Source of the DNA: the human T2T-CHM13v2.0 reference genome, Homo sapiens
Direction: 5' to 3' (one strand)
Length of the DNA stretch: 64,000 bases
Assembly: GCF_009914755.1 (NCBI RefSeq)
Contig: NC_060947.1
Below the pieces are notes generated by a model. The model saw only the letters and a program-made list of their open reading frames with translations, was not told where the DNA came from and made no database searches. Shown here piece after piece: positions 1 through 18,350 of this stretch. The position numbers and the translations under genes are program-made. Each line of letters opens with the position of its first letter. Positions within the stretch are counted from its first letter, which is position 1.

Positions 1-1023
1 AATAGTAATCAGGGTACATGAGCTCGTCAATGACCATTGCAGCTAGAAGAGAGAAGTGGATGACGAGAGCAGAAATCGTATTTTCAAGGGCTGGCCTGAT
101 TAAGGATCAAGGAGCACTCTAATAAAAATAGTTTAAATTACTTTTGCAGACTTTTGTCTCCACACATAATAAAATTCAGGTCAATCAGACTTGAACATAC
201 TTTAAGGCTACATGAAAAAAGCCAACACATAAAGTGATTTTTTTTTAAATGTAAGAAGATAAACTTGATTTTAAAAAAACCTGTTTAAAGCAAGAAAACC
301 AGAGTGAAGCACAAAGCTCAGGGCCAACGGAAAATATCAACAGGAGGAGAGGTGGCTCTTTTTCAGAAAACAAAAGTAAGATGTGAAGACGCAAGAAGTT
401 GAATGCTTCCTACATGGTGCTCTCAGAGTATCAGGGTGAAATCACGTTAACAGTAACCAGGATTTAAATTTCAGGGCTCTCTCTTGCCACCTTGGGCAAA
501 GCATCAACATGTTCTGAACCTTGATTTTCTCATGTCTAGCCCAAGAATGATAATAGCAAGCCAGCAATGAAGTTTTCTTATCTGAGAAATTCTCATTTCT
601 TCAGTAGTCAACTACATTGGTTTTGGTCAAAAAGATCAGATGTGACAGTATATGTAAAAATACCTGTCCATGTTATTTGCACAAATATTTAGTTATAAGT
701 TATCAGCGATATAACATGTCATTTCCTCGTAAGCACAAAACCCTAGGTATCTGCTGAGGATGAGAGGAGAGAATCAAGGTGGAATTTAAATCAAAGTGAT
801 AAAAGTTCAATAGCAATTGTGGAGACTGTGAAAGGAAACTGATTTAAAAAAATAAGAATACACTCAGAGAGGGTAGAGGGCCCAAATTATACATCTGTAA
901 TCATATCTGTGTACATGTATTTAAAAGTTTTTCCATCCCCTTAGCCTCCAAGGTTAGTAGAGGAAAAAATGAAGTATACACATAGTCCTTTAACCTTTTA
1001 TACCAGAGTGGTCAAAGAAGAGC

Positions 1024-1082
1024 AAAAAACAAAAACAAAAACAAAACAAAAAAAAAAAAACAAAAAAAAAAAAAAAAAGAAA
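1024..1082 (+). repeat. A-rich simple repeat (CAAAAA)n/poly-A
   Basis: Directly visible. Confidence 0.85.
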
Positions 1083-1538
1083 TCATCATCAGTATCCTCA
1101 CCACCGCAGATATTTGTGGGAACTTATGTACTAACACTTTATATAATTAATTCCATCTCCTAATCATATTAACATAAGTATTTATCATCTTCATGTACAA
1201 ATGAAGGTAGAAACATCAACATGCCCAAGGTAACATAACTAGGAAGTAACAAACTTGCTGCCCTCTAACAATTATACTGCCTCTTTAATTATGATTTTAA
1301 AATAAAAGTATCCTCCAAATGGACATTTGTGAGAAAAAAAGAAATTTAATCTTATTCGTATGTTGATAGCATTTAGTCAATTTAATTCAACAAATCGTTC
1401 AGCTTCTACTACTCAATTCCACACAGTGAGAACAAAATTGTTGCCCCTATACTTACAGAAGCCTTATTTTAAGAGGCAGACTGTAGATATATAAGTAAAT
1501 TACAAAGCAGAAATATATGCAATGTAATAGAAAAACTA

Positions 1539-1730
1539 ACATCACACACCAGGGCCTGTCGTGGGGTGGGGGCAGGGGCGGAGGGACAGCATTAGGAGAT
1601 ATACCTAATGTAACTGACAAGTTAATGGGTGCAGCACACCAACATGTCACATGGATACATACGTAACAAACCTGCATGTTGTGCACACGTACCCTAGAAC
1701 TTAAAGTATAATTTAAAAAAATTTTAAAAA
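1539..1730 (+). mobile_element. Short 5'-truncated L1PA 3'UTR fragment
   Basis: G-rich tract, ...ggagatatacctaatgtaa...gtaccctagaacttaaagtata plus A tail; possible TSD agaaaaac. Confidence 0.9.
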
Positions 1731-4700
1731 CAGAAAAACCCATGCTCTGTGATCAGAAAGATAAATATTAATATCTGCTGTATAATCTGGTGATTTTTAG
1801 GAAATTTACATGATTTAACTAGCATATGGCTGAGAAAGGGTTTTGGAGGGTCAGAGAATAAGAATATAGGATCTTATTTTAGGCTGTAGGAAACAAGCTA
1901 GCAAAGATTAGGCTTGGGGCATGCAGAGTGTGTGTGCTTAATTTAATGGGAGGAAAGACTGAATGTGAGTTAGTAAGAATTACTATCTAGATGAGGAATT
2001 AGTATGAAGCTACAGAACCTTAAGTTTCAGTGCCTCTCACTTGCAAGAGACCCTTCTATAAACCAGCATTTAATTTTCTATTTATAATTTTTTTTTTCAA
2101 AGACTGCCCCTGGAAATTCTAGAAGCTCAGCATTACAAAGCAAAGCAAAGATAGCGTAAGTGATCACTGCAACACAGGCCTTCCTGATAAGTTCCACATT
2201 TTCCCAAATGAGTCATATTGTTGTCATAAGTCATAAATAATAGGAACAACAACAGCTTACATATAACCAAACACTCGACTTTTATCTGTTGGCAGGGGAC
2301 ATGAAGGACCAAGTAACCTGTGAGAGGAATGTTGGGCAATTTGGAGCTCAAGGCAAAGCATTCCATGGAATTTGAAATATACATATTTCCATTAAATAGT
2401 TAGAAAAACTGTTGAGGATGAGCTTCTGTGTTTTTAGAAAGGTCGCCACCACTAAAATTATTAACATTGAAAAAAATCATCATTGAACATCATATAAAAG
2501 TGAGACTTTTATCATAATGTATAGGCATTTCTAGTGAAATTCGCATATTTGTAGTACTGTTCCAATATGATTAGAGATAAAATTTTCTTTATGCATTGAG
2601 TAGATTATGCATTAAAAAGAACTCAGTGGTTAAACATATTTTGGAAATTGAAGATGAACATGTGTCTATACCACAGAACTTCTCAGAATATTTATTAATA
2701 TATATTGTGTATATCCAAGAATCATACAACACTTTGTAGATGTTATCCTTTTGCTTTTTTTTGCCAGAGTGCATCATACAAGTAGATTTGGAAAAAGGCT
2801 ATCAAATATACTTAACATATTCATTAATAATAATTCAATTCATTACTAAAATTATAAAATAAAATGTCTTTATATTTCCAATTGATTCTACTATGGGTAA
2901 GCTGTAAAACATGCATGACACATATTTGCCAGCATCTTTACACATTAATTCCACAAAATTTACATTTAAATTGTAATTAACTTTTAGCTTGTACTTAGGA
3001 TATCTTTTACCAGCTACTTTACCTAACCTCGTCAGAACTGTATTCTGGAACCACATAAGTAAAAAATGCTTAGCACTTTAGCGCAGGCCTATTGTGAAAT
3101 AGAAAAGTAACTTGTACAAATAACAGAATATTATTGAAACTTCTGGGAAGAACAATCTCCTATGTAAAAATCACTCATAAAAAAAGACAATGTAATCATT
3201 TTCTTTTTTGACATTATGAGAATATGATGAAAGAAAATAAAATTGTGGAAGAAAACATTGGGGATAGAAGATTCAATCTGAAGGAAAATGATCTCTCTAC
3301 TTGTCTACTAGATTTCTAAGTTGTCCTAAAGATGTGAGGGATGTATAATTTGAGTTATATTTTCACCTAATATATACATCTAGGGGGATATGGATAGGAA
3401 GCATTTGAAGAAAACAAATAAGCCAACCACATACAACTATTCTTGTGAAATTATCAGCCTGGCTTCGTATAAAATCAGTAAACTCTAATGGAAACAAAGT
3501 GAGAGGACATAGCAAATCACGGATACTGATGTGAACACTCACATATGCTCTATGAGGTGTTCTCAATCCAGTACCTTTCAGAATCACTAGATTTTCTTCA
3601 TCAAAGTCAAGTAATATAAAGCAAATTATATCATCTTTCCATTATATTAAAAAAGACATTTGAGCTTATCTCAACATTCCATTATAAAAAAGGCATTTGA
3701 GCATGCAGTAACTATGTTCACAGCACTATATATTCAAAGTAGGAAAATAAAACAAGTGAAATCGAATTAACCATTTTTCCATTGAATATGGTAAAGGGCA
3801 AAATTATAGAACCAAAAAATCATTCAAACATTAATCACATTTTAAATATAGGACTTTACAGTTAACTGAGCAGAGAGCAGGGCTGTTTTTAAAATCTTGC
3901 TTTACCTCATCAAACCATTCTCATATATATAGTAACAGAAAATGGCCAGCAAAATTATACTGCAGCAGGCTAAAGTACTTAACAGAATGAAGAAAATGAT
4001 ATCAAATAATTATTGGAGTTTCTGTGGTGTCAAAGAAAGGAAAAATTTAGAGAAAATAAGAAAATATTTTAGTAAAAGATATTAAAATACTTCATGTTGA
4101 GACTACTGATTGATGGAGGAACGTACCACTGTTAGATTAGTAATTTTGAAAGAGCCAGTAATTTTGAAATTGCTATTTTCAAGAAAGGGAAATGGCCACA
4201 TATCACACGTACTTAGAAAACGAAAGAAACAAAATATATCAAAAGATTTGGGATGATATGTACTTTCCAAAGATAGGAAAATGCAAGAAATATAATTATT
4301 TTCATAGAAAAAAAATGTTGAAAAGTTTCAGGTTATACTTTATAATAATTCAACAAGTAAAAAAAGAAGAAATTCACACAGCTTTGTACTACTCTTTTTT
4401 TAAACCCCCCCCCCCAAGTAGAGTTACTTAGAAAAATATTACCTTTAAATTAAATTTTGTCAGCTAAAGAAGTTTTGACTTTTATCAGAAATATGCAATA
4501 GGCCAAAGGAAACAGTCTATTTCAGTGTCTCCCCTACATTGTTCCTTGACATATGAGTTTTGTGGTATATCAACATATTTCTGGAGGAAAAAGTGTCTGT
4601 GGCTTCTTATCAAATTTAGGTTAAACTTTTATTTTTGAAAATACAAAAAAGTGGGTCAAAAATCTCCAGCAGAGAAGTAAAGCATATAAATTTTTCTGCG

Positions 4701-4844
4701 TAATCTTGACCACAGAACCGTTTAAAAATAAAAAATTGGACATTGTGTATAATTATTACTTGTAATATACCTGAGAAACGATGTTACGCTTAGTCATAAT
4801 AACGACAACGATAATAGAAGAGTTCATTATAATAATGTATTTTC

Positions 4845-8007
<3,163 letters not shown>

Positions 8008-8464
8008 AATAACGTATTTTCAAGTAATTATGGTTACTTTTCAAAATAGATAAATGAGTAAATCAAACTCTAGGGAACATTTTGGAATGCTGCCTAGAAA
8101 TAATTGGGAGATTGTACTTCTAGGTTAATTTTCACTTAATAAAGGGCTAATTATTAAAGTGGAGAAAGCAGATCTGAGTTAAAATATCAGCTTCAGTAAA
8201 AATGCTTTAGCATTAAAATTCATTAAATGGAATAGAATGTAAACAATGGGAACATTATGATATTACTATGTAAGATCTTGCGGACATCAGTAGGCCATCA
8301 ATAAATATCTACCATTTAAGTTAATTCCAGGTTATTTAACAACATTCATCACATTTCACCCTTTGCTATGCATCAAAATAATGGAGTGAAAAAGTTGATG
8401 GTAACCTTAAATTATCTTTTTAAATATATAATAGTAATTGATATATTCTCTATTCAATAGGGTT

Positions 8465-8650
8465 TTAAAAACAACTTTGAGGTACAATTTACATACCATA
8501 AAATTTTCATTTTAAACATATAGTCAATGAACAATAGGAAATTTATAGAGTCATGTATATATCACCACAATCCAACTTTAGGACATTTTTTATTAACCCC
8601 TAAACCTGTGTGTCCATTTTCATTCACATCCTGTTCTCAACCCATGCCTC
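8465..8650 (-). mobile_element. Old L1M 3'-end fragment
   Basis: ctttgaggtacaatttacataccataaaatt... resembles a reversed L1MB/MC 3' terminus. Confidence 0.55.
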
Positions 8651-9482
8651 AACCATTCATCTAGTGTTTTCAAATATTCCCTTTTAAACACAACTTTTAT
8701 ACTTCATTAGGCTGCTGTAATTACCAAATAACGTGAATGCTTTCAAAATATTAGATATTCACATGGTATAATCCTTAAAAACTAGGTAATACATAAAGAG
8801 GCTAAAATATATATTTTCCATCAGTCTTTCCTTTTCATGTGAAGAGTTCCATTTTATACTATTCAAAGTATTTTGGAAAGGTTTTCAGAGCTTCAAAGTT
8901 GGGCAATCATAAGGCATTATGACAAGAAGTCTTTATGATACTATTAAGTTCCATTGGAAAAATGGTTCTTCACTATTATGGTAAACGTAAGTGGCCAGCA
9001 ATTTCTAAATTTTATCTTTCTTTGGTGCTATCTAATGAGTGGCAAGATGGCAAGGACCACGTTAGGCTTATTCACATTTTAAATTTTACACTGCCTATCA
9101 CATTTGTCTGACACATACTTAGTGACTAAACCTCAGTGGAATTCAATAAATTTGCCAGCTATTTGTTAGAAATCTGCTGGGTGGCCCACGGTCTTACAGC
9201 TGAACTTTAGTGGGTAGAGAATGGGAATAGACGGGGAAAATTTTTAAAAAGCAAATAAAAGATTTAACAATCACGATAAACGCTGAAAGAAAAATAAAAC
9301 ATAGTATGTTATGCTAAGTGTTATCTGGCTGTGCATTTTAGATCGATAAATTTTCTGTGTGCTATCTTTGAAGTAAATATTCATTTGCATAAGACAAAAT
9401 TGGGAAATAATAGGATAAATTTGGATCACTTCAAAATATTCAGAGTGTTGCAATAGTGTTCACTGTGGCTGTAGCGTGAAGT

Positions 9483-9530
9483 TATTAGACTGGTGCAAAA
9501 GTAATTGCAGTTTTTGCCATTAATTTTAAT
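9483..9530 (+). mobile_element. Half MADE1 / solo Hsmar1 terminal inverted repeat
   Basis: tattagactggtgcaaaagtaattgcagtttttgccattaattttaat matches the left half of MADE1. Confidence 0.85.
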
Positions 9531-11763
9531 AATTTCATCCTTATATGTAGAATTTGTAGATAGATTTTTACAAAAGCATACTATAGTTTAATTGCAGTCT
9601 TAAAATGTACACATCAAAATAATATGAAAGAAATCTATATCTTTATCATATAGCCAGTGAGGACATAATAATGTACAGGTTGTCCAAGTACAGTCAGTGA
9701 CGTGTGGCAAGTTTCTAGTATTTTACATTTCCTACAACTTGTGTTTATGACTGTTTCCCACACTATTAAACATATGAAACTAACAAGTTATTCTTAAATG
9801 GAGAGTAATAAGTTCTGTATAGCAACACATAGGGGTGGCCTTTCAATGTTAGAACAGATTCAAAATTAAATGCACTAGGTTTACCATCTACTGGGCTGTG
9901 TAAAAAGAAAATAAAAAGTCTACATCTATGGCTAGATAGGTTTTAATATTTGAACCCAAATCTCTGGGTTAGTTCTCCATTTTTTTCTTCTTTGACTAAA
10001 TTATCCAATTACCACATAAATTCCCCTTTGCAGGTTTCTGCTGTCTAACTCATAAATCAATAAAGCAGACTGTAAAGTTACACTGTTCCAAGTCGTTTGG
10101 CAATCAAATATGCCTATTTACACTATAAGAGTCTGTTTTATTCCTTAATGAAATCAAAAGCTCAATCTGATAGACCAAAATCTGCAGTTATATCTTTATT
10201 TTTAAGCCATTGATTTTGATAGCTTGGAATGTTAACATTTAAAGATGACCGATTATATTTAATGTGAGTTATAAGATTTAGCTTCTTTGATAAACACGGG
10301 AAGATTGCAATTACGAATTCTTCTTAAAGTGCATTTAACGTAATTAGTTTAAATTAATAGCTTTCTTTGCTTTAAAAATCCCCTCTTTTCTAAATTGTAC
10401 TCACATTGTTAATGGGAGGGAAAAAGAGAAGGAGGAAGTCTGGTCTGTAGTGGACTCTGGAACACCTGACGTCCTAGCTTGGTGAGCAAACCACGGCAGT
10501 ATTTTTCAATATTTAATTATGAGGCACTCTTCTTTGAAGGTAATTTGTTTCCTTCCTCTATTCCTGCTCATAAATCTACTATGTGGGACACGAGGTTACA
10601 AAAAAATGAGATCAGAATTCTTTGGGAAAAAACAAATAGAACAGTAAAGCTACTGGAGCCACTGCTAAGCAACTCCGCTCTTGCTTGCAGTAATTTAAGC
10701 AACAGGGCCATGTTTTCCCCTACAAAATGTGCATCAACACATAAGGACATGGTGACTTTCAACAGGTGCCCATGTTGGGTTGTTCTTACATATCAAAGAT
10801 TCAAAACTAAAATTAGTAGAAAAGGAAAAAAATCATGTATGTGAAAGTATCTTTGTAATTTTAAAAATTGCAAGACATTTAAGTAGCTATTTAAACATAG
10901 TTGTCACTGTCCCCTAAAATGATTAAGAGCCATATGCAAGTTAATTGACATGTTAACAAATGGGGTTAGAAAAAAATGAATTGAAGAAAGCCAAGCAGAG
11001 TTCAGCCTCAAACATCTATATTGAACATTCTTTTTGTCTAAATTAAAATTTGTGCGATAGCTCTCAGCTATATTTTCTTCCATCACCCATTTTCCATTAG
11101 AGGAAAAAATCAAAATAGGAGAGAATCTCACCAGTAGTTTGATTGCCACTCTGACTCCCTCCCATTGAAACGTTGACACAGTCATAGAAGAGAATCTTTA
11201 TAGAAGAGTGATAGAAAATGTCGTATGAAAAATACTCTGGAACAATTTAGTCATTACTAGTAGGGAACCATCCAAAGCCATTCTCCAATTAGCTACACAT
11301 TAGAATGAATAAAAAAGTTTCCAAAAATTCTGAAGACCAAATCCACCTAAAGATTTGATTTGATTGCTCCGGGGCTCAGCATGGTTACTTAGACTGTTGC
11401 TATAGGATTTTAGGTGCCAAAACTAAACTCTGTGCTTCAATATATAGTTCTGAAAAATTGAACAGTAAATGACTAAATTTGTTCCATGTGTTTCTTTGCA
11501 GTCACACAATTTCGTGATTTAATTTTTTATTTATTTCCAAGGAACACGCATAGGTTGTTACATTTTTAATCATAGTACTTTGGAAATAATCCTAGTTTCT
11601 GTTTTCTAAGATATATTTCCATATCTAGAAGAGTTTTCCCCATTTGCTTTATTCTGTTTCAATAAATCTTTTCTTAATTTTGTACTTTAATAAAATCTCT
11701 CATTAAATGAGCTGACACTGGGTAGATTGATGCTGTGGCCATATAATTTAATTTAAGACTGTG

Positions 11764-14269
<2,506 letters not shown>

Positions 14270-15006
14270 AAGACTGTGAATTGGCTAAGTGTTATCTTTT
14301 GAAATAAAATACTCCTAGGTCAACACATGCTGTTACATCCTGGCAGCATGCAGCTTTATTTTCTAAAAGTGTAAGCTTTGCTTCTGTAGGTAAGCTCATG
14401 TCACTAAAATAAGTAACATAATTTTAAATCCAATTCAGAATCTGAGGGCCCAGAGAAATAACTGATCAATTAACACACTAAGGAAGTGAGCAGCTCTTTT
14501 CTTTCCTATAGTAATAAATGCCAATGTGAATGTAAAGAAGCATCCTGATCTACATCTACTTTTATATATAACAAGAGTATGGTTGTCAGAAAGTTGTACA
14601 TACAGTATGCATTTCCTTAGTGCCATAGCTTTTATATCTGAGGATCTCAAACGATCTTAAAATGCAGAAAAAATAATGCTCTAAAAGATTCAAATTAACT
14701 AGCAAAACTCTCAGTGCACCACACGGTGGAGTCAGACACCCACAAATCTGCGTGACCAGTATATGACAGAAAATCTGAGCAGGTATTTCAAAGAGGACTT
14801 AATATGGTAACTTCATACATTTTTTCCTGCTTCTCCGTGATGAATTAAGCTAAATATACCATTTATGAGAAAAGAAATTATAGTGCACTAATATTTTAAT
14901 TAGCAATAACCTTTTTATCTTTAAGTGCAAATTTATAGAAACACATTTTTGTTAATACAATGCATTGAAGTTAGTCCCTATTCTATTCCTTTCTTTTCTT
15001 TCTTTC

Positions 15007-15053
<47 letters not shown>

Positions 15054-15087
15054 CATCCATCAATCCATACATCCATCCATCTATCCA
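15007..15087. repeat. (ATCT)n-(ATCC)n tetranucleotide microsatellite
   Basis: About 11 ATCT units followed by degenerate ATCC units. Confidence 0.95.
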
Positions 15088-16044
15088 CCCCATCTCTATA
15101 TTTAAAATGTCATTTTGGTGGCATTCTTAGTGGATCCTTCATCTTACACACTGTGCTTATGTTATTTCACTATCTAACTTTTGACTCTCTATTTTATTTC
15201 ATGGGAATTTCGAGCTGCTTTTCAGGAAATATAATCCTTGAAGCAAATCTGAGTACCTGAGAACTCTGTTCTAGAAAACAATTCACTTACTGCCATATTA
15301 AAATAAAACCCTGGAGCAGAAGAATGTTTTAAGAGCTTTCAGATGGCTTGTATTCTCCAATATTATGTATTACCATTGGGGAGACTCAATGTCAAGAACT
15401 ATGTTGATAATGCAGGTGTGACCTGAAATGCATGGAAAATAGATTTGATCTGAATGCCCAAAATCTCTTTCTTGAAGTAGATCTGAAATTTCATAATTTA
15501 TCTGTGTTCTGCTGTTTACTAGTACTTTTCTACTGATGTAGTTAATAACATTTTTATTGTAGTATTTTTTTAGAAAAACCAAGCAAAATATTTTGCTATT
15601 AAAAACAAGTAATGTTTATAAAATCCTGAATCCATTTCTAAATAAGAAAAAACACACAGTGCCCCTTATCACAACCTGTTCAACTAAAGATGCTTCGCCC
15701 TAAAAGCTCCAATTTTCCTTGAAAGACAATAGTATAATAGCTTTGCCTATCAAATTTGCTACTCATAATTTCATTCCGCAAGTCTGTCACAAAGTAATTC
15801 TTTATGCATTTTGAAGTACAAACTTGCAATATTAATGTCTAGTATTCATACTGCTCAAATTTTTCCTTAATTCCATTCAGAACGTCACAAGCATTTTTAA
15901 TCAAACATTCCTTCAAAACTCATGTCATTAGTTTAAATGAAAGCAGTTCTACTCTGTATTTCATTTATAGTCATGTAGTTCTTCTCAATTCAGAAACAAT
16001 TACTCATTCCTACCATGCATTTTACTAAACCCTGCCGTGGTAGA

Positions 16045-16148
16045 CACACTAAATACCCTGACTTGATCATTACACTTTCTATACATGTAAGAAAATATTA
16101 CATAAATGTTGTATCCATAAATATGTATAAATATTTTATATCAAAAAA
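16045..16148 (+). mobile_element. L1MA 3'-terminal fragment
   Basis: ctaaataccctgacttgatcattacac...ccataaatatgtataaatattttatatcaaaaaa. Confidence 0.65.
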
Positions 16149-17210
16149 CCTTTTTCATTATGACTCAAACTGGGACGGACTTAGGAATAGTTAATTCTAG
16201 AGAACCTGGCTTGTGTAAGTTTGAAAAATATATATACTGGAGTAGGTTTGTATAAACCTATCACACTTACCCTCTAAAATATGTACAATCATTATATATC
16301 AAGACAAATTAAAAATTGAATCCTCAAGTATGTTTACTATTATCCCTCACTTCTACTACAATATTTACTCTTGTTGCCCAGTGGAAAACTATGATGAGGA
16401 TTTTATCATCAGGATTCTCCCCAAAATTCTCTTTCTTCATCCACTATTGCAATTGTATGCACTCCATAAGGAAATAATATTCCCTGGACTTTTTAAGCCT
16501 ATCAAAACTACCTATACTCTGCCACATATTATCAGGGACATTCTTGGTCAAAGTTAGACAATATGGTAAATTAACTCATGCTATTGTGTATACTGTTGCC
16601 CAGAACACCTATTAACGGTGATTCATTAACTGTAATTGCATTGTAACCATGATCTACAAATCTAATATATCACCCCCAAATTCATTTTAAAGTGAAAAAC
16701 TTCAGACATCTTCACCAACTGGCAGGGAGAAGGCTTTGAGATTTGCAGCTAACCTTCTAGTGCTCCTCTCATCATAGCATGGACTTGGTGATTGGGTTCA
16801 CAACATGTATATAAGATTTGAAAAGCAGATCTAGTAATTGCGATCACACAACCCTAAAGACTTTTGAATAAATAATACCTATGATAACTTCACATATGTT
16901 TAAATGTTAATTAAAAAATGAGAACAGCATTTTAAAAATACTTCTTACAGTGAATGTAAATTTAGTTATGGCCTAAAATTTACTCATTTAAAAGTCAACT
17001 CAGATTTATTTTCAACACTATTTTAATTCTCATTCTAGAAAAACAGGTAAACACGTTTTATATTTTCGTTTGAATGAAGCATGGGAGTGAGTGCATGTAG
17101 CTATATTGAGCATGATCATTAATAATTGAGGTGTAAATTTATATCGATAATTTTGTGTTACTCACTGCTTGTAACTAACACATTTTTATAAAACAATATA
17201 GACCATGTGA

Positions 17211-17569
<359 letters not shown>

Positions 17570-17886
17570 AAAAAACATTTTCTTTACCATTTACTATCCT
17601 ATGGTTTTACTCTAGCTTTTAGTATAGTTTGAAGTCAGAAACACCAGAACGTATTGCTCCTGTCTTTGAAATGTCTTTATTTCAAATTCCTCCATTACAT
17701 CCTTAAAAAAATAAATCTTAGACTAATGATCTAGACCCCCTTTTCTTCCTACCTACCTCCAAATAGTCAAATCAGTGAATCAAAACAACCCCATGGAAAA
17801 CTAGTTGAATAAATTTAAAGTTAGAAACACTGCAACATTTTGTTGAAGTAATAAAAACAAAAGAATGGAAGCTGATTCCCAGATGT

Positions 17887-17895
17887 ACTTGCCTG
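17887..17895 (-). promoter_or_regulatory. DMD: GC-type 5' splice site of intron 30 (CAG|GCAAGT)
   Basis: Exon 30 reading frame and length end at 17893; the next bases are GC with an otherwise perfect donor consensus. Confidence 0.92.
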
Positions 17896-18054
17896 GGCTT
17901 CCTGAGGCATTTGAGCTGCGTCCACCTTGTCTGCAATATAAGCTGCCAACTGCTTGTCAATGAATGTGAGGGACTCCTGGATTAAGTGTAAGGATTTTTC
18001 AGTCTCCTGGGCAGACTGGATGCTCTGTTCAAGCAACTTTTGCCTCCTTACAGC
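17893..18054 (-). CDS. DMD: Dystrophin exon 30 (162 nt): AVRRQKLLEQSIQSAQETEKSLHLIQESLTFIDKQLAAYIADKVDAAQMPQEAQ
   Basis: Acceptor cttctttttag|GCT, non-canonical donor CAG|gcaagt; phase 0/0; overlaps ORF 17821..18036. Confidence 0.98.
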
Positions 18055-18159
18055 CTAAAAAGAAGGAATAAGAGTGTATCAGTTAAATGTTTACTCTTGA
18101 TAGCTTTTCTGTAATCCTGCTGAACAATAAATGAAGATTCTAGACTCTTCCACAATCAC

Positions 18160-18198
18160 CTTTTTGTAAGACAGATTTCGCAGCTTCCTGGCACTCAT
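18160..18198 (-). CDS. DMD: Coding part of retinal Dp260 first exon, 13-aa N-terminus MSARKLRNLSYKK (Dp260-2)
   Basis: ATG at 18198-18196, 39 nt, donor AAG|gtgatt; 105-nt intron joins in frame to exon 30; matches the known Dp260 N-terminus. Confidence 0.93.
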
Positions 18199-18204
18199 TC
18201 AGCT
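18160..18204 (-). other. DMD: 45-nt cryptic internal exon (29a-like) sharing the Dp260-2 donor
   Basis: Long pyrimidine tract and acceptor ...tttttctatcaacag|AGC TGA ATG AGT...AAG|gtgatt. Confidence 0.65.
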
Positions 18205-18302
18205 CTGTTGATAGAAAAAAAATGTGAAGGAGAAAAATAAATAGCAAACAAAACTATAGGATCAGGGATCTCTGCATGAAAATCAATCACAATATCACGT
18301 AC

Positions 18303-18350
18303 ATTAAGGAAATAGGCTGGAAAAAAAATTAGCAAAATCATCTCAGTCAT
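18303..18350 (-). CDS. DMD: Coding part of alternative Dp260 first exon, 16-aa N-terminus MTEMILLIFFPAYFLN (Dp260-1)
   Basis: ATG at 18350-18348, 48 nt, donor AAT|gtacgt; 248-nt intron joins in frame to exon 30; matches the recalled annotated alternative N-terminus. Confidence 0.85.
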
